A DNA stretch of 64,000 bases from Fimbriosthenelais zetlandica (taxonomy: Eukaryota): positions 18,600,001-18,664,000 of the forward strand of contig OZ365112.1 of assembly GCA_977030845.1 (NCBI GenBank), read 5' to 3'. The position numbers and the translations under genes are program-made. Each line of letters opens with the position of its first letter. Positions within the stretch are counted from its first letter, which is position 1. Below, one piece after another: positions 39,503-49,666 of this stretch. The notes below the pieces were generated by a model. The model was given only the letters and a program-made list of their open reading frames with translations. It was not told where the DNA came from and did not search any database.

Positions 39503-42500
39503 CTGTAAAATGGAAAAGATTGGAACTATAGACAATGAGGGTCACTTAGATATTAATGCTAATCTAACAATGAAAATGAATGTCTATGATTGAGATTTCC
39601 TTGATATTAAACTAATCCAACATTCATGTTTAATGAAGCACTACAATGTAAGCAATAGAAATAAGATTAAGAAACTATGTTAACAACAATATTATTATTC
39701 ATGCACTCTAGGTAAATGTCATGGATAATTTAGCTATAGATCAGACGGGAGGACAATACAAACACAACACACGTTATCGTAAGTTAATTTTCTGAAACAA
39801 TTCCATATATAGGTTCTAAGAATACAACGAGACGCTTATAAATTGCTATTGTAGAAGTCATCTGTTTCTAAATGAGAAATAAGACAGAAGCTTACACTTG
39901 TTAGAAGACACATACCGTAGTTCATGGACCTACACATGAATCTATACATGGATACCTGAATCCAGACTAAAGAAAAGATCAGTGGAAATCTAGAACAAAT
40001 GTGTAAATCAAAGAATGCTCTTAAAGGTAGTCAGTTTAACATTTATAATTCCCTTATGTACCCTATGCACACTATGATTACGCCTTATGGAATACAGGAC
40101 AGTGTTTAATCACCAGGCAGGCTTGGAAAGGACTAGCGTGACCATTTGATTTTCTTACCACAGACTTACAAAGATAGGTTTTCACACAGGTCACAATTAA
40201 GAATAAAAATCTATTTAAAAAAGGGGAAAAGATGGGATTTTTAGATGCAGACATAAAAAGGTAATAGGTAAATTAGAGGGACACCGCATTAAAAGAAATA
40301 TAAAAACTTAGTCTAAATCTTGATAGCTTAAGATCAAATAAGTACATAGACAACACGAGTCTGTTCAAGCTAACATCCATCCAGGTCTTAAAATAGGTAA
40401 ATTAGAGCAATGGAAAGTTTTTCCTTGTCAGATAAGTTCATAAGACTTTCTGCAGATAAGAGCTTTGACTTGGCTCTAGGAGATTCAAGATTCAAAATTA
40501 TATTCAAAATTCAAACAAAATCACAAAGAGAAACTAATAGCTATTATATATGTCTACCTATGGCGTCCACGCGCAGCTTCAGTGTTTTCCTCACTAGAAG
40601 GTATGAGTGTGTAGGTGCTGGGTACAACTGCTGTCAGGGCCGCAGAGTGTCTTACATGGGCATATTAGGCTCATTCTCATCACAATTTAATATAGGTTAC
40701 CACTTTATAAGGATCCCACTCTCAAATTTACAAAAGGATGACTGGTTATGATCTATGGATTGCTGTCAATTTGAAATCGCAATATAAGGGAAGATTTTCA
40801 GACAAGTGCACAAACTATATTCAAATAGAATATGGTGCTTTTTTCAAGCAATCTACTCCAAATATATATCACACAAATGCTGTAAATTTGGGCCAGTAGA
40901 ATGACATCCACTTTAAATACTGACATATTGACAGGTGCGGGCGGAGTAAGATTTTGATCGGCCATTTAGTTATATACAATCATGCAACATTCCTCTATAC
41001 ACAGCCTTTTACTTCCCAGTCAGAATTTACAGTTTAATTACATATTATTTAATGTGAAGCACATGCAGTATTTAATGCCATTACAGTTTCCTGGTCACCT
41101 ACTGGTGACATACACCCTGTGGCACTTGAGAGCACCTGACTTGCGCAGAGGGGGATATGATACCAGAGGGAGGGGTATGCATTATTCATTAAGGCATATT
41201 ATGATAGGTTGATTGGTGTAAGTTGTTTTTTTAGCAAAAGCGTTAAGTTCGCATGAATAAATACGATATAAATAATCAATTTGGAAAACTAAAAAGATAT
41301 TTCAGCAACATAGAGTATACTAAACCATTAGTCTTACGCTTTTTTTCATTATTCATGGTAGACGATATTGAGCCAATTCAAGAGCACAGTTCTAAGAAGA
41401 ATTTTGCAGAAAATCAAATTTGATAGCTACTATGGGATTAAGAACATGATGGTTTTTGAGAGCAAACAGAAAAGAAAAGGTCAATTCAACCAGCATTAAC
41501 AAATTATTAAAATGTGCAGAAACAGTAAAAACTATATTATTACTTAATCTTATGTAGGTAATGGTCAAAGGTTAATTCGATTGTGGTCATTAACCTGAAG
41601 CAAATTTACAATCAGCAAATAATTTGAGATCAAATCTTACACCAAAGCAGGTTGTGTGGTAAAGGGACATGGTCACATGTGACGTACCAGCGCCACCTGT
41701 GACGTGGGGAGAACACTGACGTAGCCGCGCGGGCTCAGTAAGTGCCAATAACATATCGCTGACCTTAAAGTTATGCGGCTTTTCGCATCCCATTACTTCC
41801 ATGTAGTCGGTACACCAAGAAACACTACTAGCCTTGAAGTTGTGTTGCTTCTCGTAGCCTTGTACATGCATGCTGGGGGGAGGGCTGCTTGGGGGAGTCG
41901 AGAAATGAGGCTCGTCTAACATCTGAAACAACCACCAGATGGTAGCATAAGAGACAAGCAGGAGTCACGTGACATTCCACCGGGAATTCCAAAATGCTGC
42001 CCCAATATAATCACCAGTCAGGCTAGAACTACTTAGATAATGAGATAACATACCCAATAAAACATTCAACAAACACCAGGTGGAAACAGTTTGAGAATTA
42101 TGAACCAGGGTCATTGCCTTCACGAACATCATCATGTTCAAGCAGGAATATAGTGCTAGGCAATATACAGCATAAGCTCCTTCTATTGCACCAGGCAAAA
42201 CAATTCAATGCTAATTCTTTTGACAAATTACATATAAAAGCTCTTAAATTATTCTCCAATGTCCAAAGAAAATCCAATACGTTTGCAATAACAATGACAC
42301 TTCACAAAGCAAGAAAACATCAAATTTGTATGATTAACTGCGAGACTATATTCAGTGGATAACAATCCTTGCAAAGAAGGTAGCTTAGTGCAAAGGCTTC
42401 ATGGGTTAGCTTGGAAATTCAACACCAAAGCCTGACAAAGATGTCGGACCCATCCGAACGAAATCCTTCTTTTAAATGTGAGATACATAGCTGTACATAG

Positions 42501-45500
42501 GACGAAGTTGGTTAGACAGAAATTGAAGGTCTACATGTTCCCAAACACAAGGTGCCGGCCTTAACTAACACATGTGTTCAGGATATTAAGTCATAGTTAG
42601 TTCATACTCAAGTTGAACAGTAACCAGCTTCATCTCTTAGAGTATGGTTAATTTATCCGACAACAATTTATTAAAGGATGCACATCACATTTAACCTGGT
42701 ACTTTCTGGAGTGCTGAACTACAAGAAGGCAAGAGTGAGGCAAGGCTGGATGTACGTCTCCTTGATAGTACCCAATGAAACAAAGTTTCTCCAAATCATC
42801 ATCTTGGTTTGCCACTAATATCTTAGGGAAGTTAATATTGACTCAGAATTTGAGTAGTAATTGGGAAATAAATGGCAGATAATGTTCATTTGAGAGAACC
42901 TTTGTTTAGATACAAACAAGATGCACCAATTCTGGCTTAGACAAGGGTCAAGCCACAAGGCTTCCCAACGTTATCACACATAGGTTGTGTGGGAACAGGC
43001 CTAATATATATCCCGACTAACAAGAGCAGCAAGAAATATGCAAGTTTGGTTTGCTTGGCCTGAAAGTTTGACTGAGGTCATAATGAAATATTAGAAGACA
43101 CATTCCCTGTTTAGAAACCGAGATATGAACGTAAAAGGTCTGAAATTGTTCTGAGGAAAGTCTTGTACTGTATTTTTCTGGATATGCATATGTCTTGGTG
43201 CGTGTGCAGGGTATTTTGGATAGGTTTGTGGGAAGCTGTCACCGGACTAACTTTGTATCGGTGCGACTTGGTAATACTTTTCACATGATTAGGTGGTGAA
43301 GGCCAGTGTGGAATCTCGGACCTCTGAAAAAAAGCACATGTAATCAAAGCAAAAATTAGTCCACAGAACTTCAAGATGAAGTGGGCCAGAGAAAGAGGAT
43401 CACGGCAGATATATTTTGCATAACCTACGTCTGCAACTCCTCACATTTGGTTACTGATATGCTTCATCTGCCATAATCCAATTCTCAGTGGGAGAAAATG
43501 GTTTTGTAATAAAGGTAAAAAGGAAGACATGCTAATTGAGCGTGATTGTCATAATGAATTTACATGCATCTAATTGAAAAAGAAATGTCTATGAATAAGA
43601 ATAATGAAATCAAATGAGGAAGGACCTCAAAATTATATACATTGGTACTAATTTATGAATTCCATGCATTTGTAATCATACGTCTAAGTAATAATGAGCT
43701 TAACCAAAACCTGAGGATTCAAAATGAGGATAGAGGAAAGGATCAGCAAATCTAGAGTAATTTGGGTCAATCCTCTGATAGTATCTCCCTCAGAAAACCA
43801 GGAGACAATGAGAGAGAGAGACAATGGTTACTTACAGGGCCGTCCGTGTTGGTGGAATGGCTGACCCGCCCATCCACATTGGCATCTTCAGGGCTGTGCC
43901 GTGGTATCTGAGCATTATTTGTGTGTGCTGGAGTACTAGCATTTGAGTCCTGGGCCATACGATTCTCAAGAATCTGTGAAAGTCTGCCCTCCACTGGCAA
44001 GTTAACTGCACGATTATTAGGTCTGGGTGGTAACCGGTTATCAGCCGGCCGATCCCTTTCAGACCGATCAGAGCCACCCGACCGATCTGAGCGATCAGAC
44101 CGTTCTGATCTCTCAGACCGCTCGGACACCGATGATCCTGTTGACCTATTTGTACTGATGGATTCGCGTTCCCGCTCTCGTTCCCGTTCCCTCTCACGTT
44201 CTCTCTCTTTTTCACGTTCACGTTCACGTTCCCGCTCTGCCCGTCCATGGTCTCTGTCTTTGGGTACAGGAGCGGGCGTGCTCTGTGCGCTGGGGGTCGG
44301 GGTTTGATGTGGGGTGGGAAGCGGCACAGAGGGTGCAGCATGTACAGCAGCAGGCGAGGGCGTTGTCTTCTGTTGTGTCACATTTAACTGACGTCTTTTG
44401 TGTGTATTATAAGCCACATAGGGACTTTCAGCATAGTTTGACTGACTAGAAAGTGCAGCAATGTAATCTGCTGCCTTTGATTCGAGGTAGAAGGTAATGA
44501 GTCCGTCCGCCACAAGATCCTGCACAGTGTCAAATCGCTTCTCCCCAACATAGTGCTGGCCATCGTAGTAGAGCTTGAAATTTTTGGTAACTCCTTCAAA
44601 CCTTTAAACAAAATAATATCACAAGTTAGAAAAACATGAATGGACTTGTCCATTATGTAAGATTTTTTTTTACTTTCCAATTTTAAAATACGTGGCTTAC
44701 ATCTTTGCATTACAACTTTTGTGATTTGTTTTTCAACTATGTGCTTTAAGATATGCAGGGATATGATAATAAACAATTCTCATGCTTACCCTTGATGGAC
44801 CAACCTGATGGCAAGTGTGTACTGTCCGGGAGCACGCTGGCTCTCACGGATTAAGTAGCTTCCCTCACCACCAATAGTCAACAGGAAGTCCGCGTCCTCC
44901 CGGGAGATGGCCCCGTGATACCTGAAACAACATACATTAACATCATTTTATTACACAACAAATCTCTTCTACCTTTCCTCATACTGAAACGTAATCTTGG
45001 ATCAACTTGGTCTTTGTACACCAAATCTGAAGCTTATATTTAATTAATTAGCTTTTTAAGAGACTGCTACTTCTGTTAGATATAGAATCCATGATATTCA
45101 ATTCACTGAGCTTTAAAATACCAGCCTACAGCCGAGGGAGGAGACATGGCTGAGTGATATGTACATGTACATGTACATACTCCTGATGTAAGACCAGTCA
45201 CTAATTAACACTGAAGGCAATTAGCAGTTAATTACTGCCAGGAGGAGTAGGGCTAATGCCTCTAAGGCTGTTGGTAGCTACTATATAGGAAGTACCATTC
45301 TGCTGTCTTCCTCAAGAGCTGACTCATCAGATATGTTACTAAACAGGAGCCTTGACTCAGAGGCATGAGTGCCTTCTCAACACTGTGACACGCAAGGTAA
45401 TCAGGTAGAACTGTTTAAATAGGGTTGTACTGTTCAAAAAAGTCAGGCGAGAACATAATAATATATCTTTATATTATATATTTATATGAAAAGAAAAATA

Positions 45501-45750
45501 ATACTCACTCTCGTCCATAGTACGGCGGCTTGTTTGGCACCTGGGAAAATAATAATATAAATAGTTTATCACTATTTAAATGACATGTGGATATGCTTAG
45601 TCCAATACAGTTTATGATAAAACTCAATTGTCAAACTCAATTTACTAGTCTTTCTGTTGGAAAGTAACAGTTTATACATTATACAATGACATACCTCGCG
45701 CTGGCACAGGATCCGCTTTGGCTTTGGCGCCTGTTGCTGTAGGTGATATA
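37687..45750 (-). CDS. CHN1: Chimaerin (N-/beta-chimaerin-like Rac GAP; SH2 + C1 + RhoGAP), 5'-partial
   Basis: Exons 45695-45750, 45509-45540, 44805-44921, 43836-44601, 41764(or 41833)-41922, 39418-39502, 39009-39182, 38812-38889, 38537-38674, 38167-38278 and 37687-37864; all phase-compatible. Motifs [28 protein letters not shown]...YLIRESQR (SH2), [42 protein letters not shown] (C1), GLYRVAG (Arg finger), LKLYFR and [10 protein letters not shown]. Probably co-orthologous to CHN1 and CHN2. Confidence 0.96.
37928..38158. repeat. ~40-bp minisatellite, 5 copies plus a partial sixth (GATAACTTGCCCCCTTGCCCTAGTAGACCTTCTGTCCAGT), in the last chimaerin intron
   Basis: Six GATAACTT starts with conserved downstream blocks. 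Confidence 0.93.
41672..41973. promoter_or_regulatory. Intragenic CpG-rich, promoter-like patch around the chimaerin C1-entry exon
   Basis: GTCACGTGAC at 41964-41973, GTCACATGTGAC at 41672-41683, TGACGT at 41680, 41700 and 41717, and GCCGCGCGGG within otherwise AT-rich introns. Confidence 0.4.
41764..41922 (-). CDS. CHN1: Chimaerin C1-entry exon (MLDEPHF...GYEKQHNFK[[23 protein letters not shown]])
   Basis: gtttcag acceptor at 41923; GT donor after 41764 and possible GC donor after 41833; both phase 0. Confidence 0.88.
43252..43323 (-). CDS. Candidate cassette exon of chimaerin ([24 protein letters not shown])
   Basis: Branch-like actaat, long T tract and CAG acceptor; donor AAA|GTTAGT; 72 nt, phase 0-0, matching both neighbouring exons. 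Confidence 0.5.
43836..44601 (-). CDS. CHN1: Chimaerin 766-nt exon: SH2 C-terminal half plus a ~190-aa low-complexity linker (Pro/Thr, (RE)n, (SER/SDR)n)
   Basis: [47 protein letters not shown]...NTDGP|GTAAGT; open frame throughout. Confidence 0.92.
44805..45750 (-). CDS. CHN1: Chimaerin N-terminal/SH2 exons (45695-45750, 45509-45540, 44805-44921)
   Basis: [19 protein letters not shown] | [11 protein letters not shown] | [39 protein letters not shown]; canonical splice sites. Confidence 0.95.
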
Positions 45751-46801
45751 CTGAAAAGAAAAGCAAATATTGTTACTGTACTAATACTAATATTGTAATA
45801 TTTAAAAAATTGCTCAACTAATAATTATTATTATTAGAATGGGCAGAAAGGCCCAGTGCGTAGAACGAGTCAAATTAGGCATATTTATTTTATATAACAA
45901 TATGTAGTATCTGTTGATCTCTTGGAACCTCACTCTCTTCTCTTTCACATTACTCTATCCCACTCTCGGCATGTGCTGCCATCTTCCATCACTCGCTAAA
46001 AGTAGATTAACCCTTGCCTCTTGTATGAGGCAAGTCTGGGACAGGCACACTTAGAGTTGAATCCATGCGAAACGTCAACTCTCCCAGCCTCCCATTTATC
46101 ATAACCTAGAGTCTGTCCAGCCGCCGGTTGGCCATAAAAAAGAGCCTGAGGTGAGGGATTCAGCAATCACCCTGACCATCGCCAGTACATTGGCTGGCTG
46201 GCTGGGTGGGGGGAGGGAGGGGGGTAGGAGCTACCCAGTCCTGATCCATTTTGGTTCCCATGACAACGTGACAGGAACGATCAATACATGTGTGTCACAC
46301 ACTTTTCTATCTGTGCTGATCAGACAGGATGAAGCTCAAAAGGGGAGAAAGGGGAATCCTCGTATGACCGTATCATAGGTAGTACCCTTAGATCATGTAC
46401 CCTATCCCATTTCTTACCAGCCATCAAATACTAGGTCTAACCATAGCTCCTTTCTAATGCTATAATCGTATAAGAATTTGCCTTCATGAGGACTAGCCCT
46501 CAATGTCTGGCTACATACATGAGAAGCCTTGGTGCATGAAGGCCTCTTGTTTCATCTCTGTACTAAGGATCACGTTCCATCCTGTTTAGTAGCGAGGAAT
46601 GATTGTACACAGGAACACCAGACAGTTCACATCAATAGCCAGTTTTTGACCAGTACATTTTAAGCACCTGCCTTTTTCCCTGCACAATGAAACCGATGCC
46701 TCTTGAGAGATTGTATTGGTTTTTATGATTCTTAGAATGTTAAAACACAATGTCCACAAAGCAGGTATAACGTCAAATCCATGAAAGGTACTCACCACAG
46801 C

Positions 46802-47044
46802 GAATGTATCAGGTAATGTGAACTGAATGTATCAGGTAATATGAAGTGAATGTATCAGGTAATATGAAGTGAATGTATCAGGTAATATGAAGTGAATGTA
46901 TCAGGTAATATGAAGTGAATGTATCAAGTAATATCAACTGAATGTATCAGGTAATATCAACTGAATGTATCAGGTAATATCAACTGAACATATCAGGTAA
47001 TATCAACTGAAAGTATCAGGTAATATCAACTGAATGTATCAGGA
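46802..47044. repeat. 23-bp minisatellite, ~10.5 copies (GAATGTATCAGGTAATAT[G/C]AA[G/C]T)
   Basis: Units start every 23 bp from 46802 to 47032. Confidence 0.97.
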
Positions 47045-49590
47045 AGTATGAATGGATACAGTCAGTTTAACTGTTAAATAACCATCTTTCTACCACATCA
47101 CACAGAGGTACAAAGGCACGTCAAGATCTAACAGACATGATCAGCTCAACTCAGACATGGTGACAAGCAGAGAGCTGGGGACTGGTCATAAAAAGACAGC
47201 TCCTGTTACAGGAGCTGGAGCTGGGTAAAGGTGTTTAGAATGACAGTAAACAGTCTGGCTTTAGTTACATCATAGATCACCAGAGTAAGCAGAAAAGGCA
47301 GGCATCAGCTGGGGGTACAAGACACACCCCAGAGCTTCCCCACCAACCCCACCCGCCATGAGAGTCGAGAACAATGGCCTCCAGCCTGCCAGGAAATTGG
47401 CTGTCAGTATATCTCCTCTACTCAGGCAGACAAAGTTGCCACCAAAAATGATTAGATGTAAAGTTAGTGAGGAGAGAGAGGCTGGAATTCAGCAGAGTTG
47501 GCTGGAGGAGAAGGAGGACTGAGCTTGACCAGATACTGGATAGACAACACTGAATATATTCCATATTGACCAGCAGTTCTCACAAAAATTAAACTACATG
47601 TATAAACATCTTCCATACAGTAATTAATGAACTATATTCTTAGTTCCTAACCTCATTTCAACGATCACATTATCTAACCGGTAATTTATCACTGGCACAT
47701 GCCTTAATTAAGGGTTTAGGTTGAATTATTCATAGACGACCATATCCATCATTATAACTGTCAATGATATGTCTAATCACCTCATATGAAGTCCACACAT
47801 TAGCAGAATCACCCACTAAAGTCTGATTAATTCATATAATCATAATTCATGTCCACTATTTCATCTGTGCTGACAGGATGGAGTATGAGCAGAAGGTTAG
47901 TGACCTTCTCATGCTGCAGATTAAATGAAGCAATGCTTGTTACTTCCACATGAAAGTCAGGCAAACTTTGGCCTGCCGCCTGGTCTCACAACTCGTGTTA
48001 AAACACTCCCAGGCTTTACACTACATACAAGCAGACAAACACAGGCCATCCAAACACAGGCCGGCCGAACCTCTAGTACAGTAGACTCTATTTACCTAGC
48101 TCAATGCTTTAGTTTACAGTCGGATTAACGAGGCGATTGGGGCCAGTATAACATTAGATTGAGGATGACCGTGAAAGGTCAGAGGGCAGGCTGGTGTTGG
48201 CGTAAACCTCTTAGTGAAATGATCGATAAAAATTCTGTGTGAAGCAGGCTCTTTACACCTTGATTTAGAGGCTGGCATGTGGGAGGATTGTTCTCAGATA
48301 AAGGAGCTTTGTACCACCTCACAGCCTTATGCATATATACCACCGGGCATTCACACCTAATAAAAACAGGCTTTGTCACTGCTTTCACACCTTAAAAGAC
48401 AAATCTTCCCAGTAAAGCCTTGCCACCCAACAACTGAAAGTCATCCTTTTTACTGTAGAACTTCTTCTCTTAGATAAGGATCTACAGAGTTGAGTTTAAA
48501 GGACAGAACTCGTCACTGTACTTTTTACTTTTATATTTCTAGAGACAAATTGTATTTAAATTTAATTCCGATTTATATCATTGGTTCTCAGCCTAAGTTG
48601 ACATAAATAACCTGAAGAATGCTTTTCTTTTTTTAGTTACAGTGAGAGTTCGCATATATGCAAAATGACTCATTTTAAACTTTAAAGAAACCGAGTCCTT
48701 TGTTTGGACAGGGAAGTATAGAGGCTTTCAGGAGATGGCGCGACACAGGTCAAGAGACAGTTTAAGGTTATAGCTCTAACCACCAACCAACATATGGTGC
48801 CAGGGTCAGCAGCTGGTCCAGTCAGGAACTAGTGAGCCAGAAAACGTATACACCAGGCTACAAGGCCAGCATATCCGAGTCACTCATGTGACTGTCACAC
48901 TGCAGGGCGGATTTAATAGAGAGAGACCAAATACAGTGAGGCGATCACAGATAGCAGCTTTAGCTGCTTATTGACAGAGTCACGTCCACATGGTCTAAGA
49001 TGAGCAGATGCCCTTTGTCCATATCAGAAACCACTCATATGATGACCAATGGTCAAGTGGTCAAAGGGGAGGGGGCCATGAAGGCCAGAGGATGAGCAAA
49101 GACCCACTATAAGCTTTTTGGGGTGGGTTAGGACTAACTTAGGAGGGCACAAAGATTTAAACCTGGGAGTTAAGGTCATGAGATAATTCTCAGGTCAGGC
49201 TTCAAGAACATGAATCAAGGTAGTGAGAGATTAGACTCAACTCATACCCCATCAACTCCCGCTACGAGCTGCTCACACATACCGTGTATACCACAGGTCT
49301 GACCAGACGGAATGTACTCAGAAAAACACCATTCATCTTACATGATTAAAAAGCTCTGTGTGTAAAAATCTGTCCAAAGTTCATCTTTTCCAATGTAATC
49401 ATGCCACTGAGGAGTGTTTCTTGTATGTACAATCCCTCCCAAAATGTGGAAGGATTGGAATATGGCATGCATGTGGTGAAGTGAATGAAGGAGGGGGGTG
49501 AGGGGAGGAGGTCTCATTGATCATGGGGTACCATTAATCATGATCATCAGTGGTGGTGGCGACTAGTCACGTATTCCCACCACTATATAT

Positions 49591-49666
49591 AATACCAGTC
49601 ACTGATCAATGCATACTAATTATAATACCAGTCAATGATACAGACTTTACAATACCAGTCACTGAT
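49591..49666. repeat. Three copies of AATACCAGTCA(C/A)TGAT with 27-33-bp spacing
   Basis: Copies at 49591, 49624 and 49651. Confidence 0.8.

Noticed and set aside
40558-40627. Possible chimaerin exon ([23 protein letters not shown]), faintly resembling the alpha1-chimaerin N-terminus
   Set aside because: Phase 0 in and phase 1 out would frameshift the C1 exon, and it lies downstream of the HNFK exon.
43832-44341. Overlapping ORFs 43921-44307 (+, SR-rich) and 43832-44341 (-)
   Set aside because: Shadow frames of the repetitive RE/SER chimaerin exon; no independent start or splice evidence.
46802-47044. CRISPR-like array
   Set aside because: Head-to-tail units with no unique spacers, in a eukaryotic intron context; it is an ordinary minisatellite.
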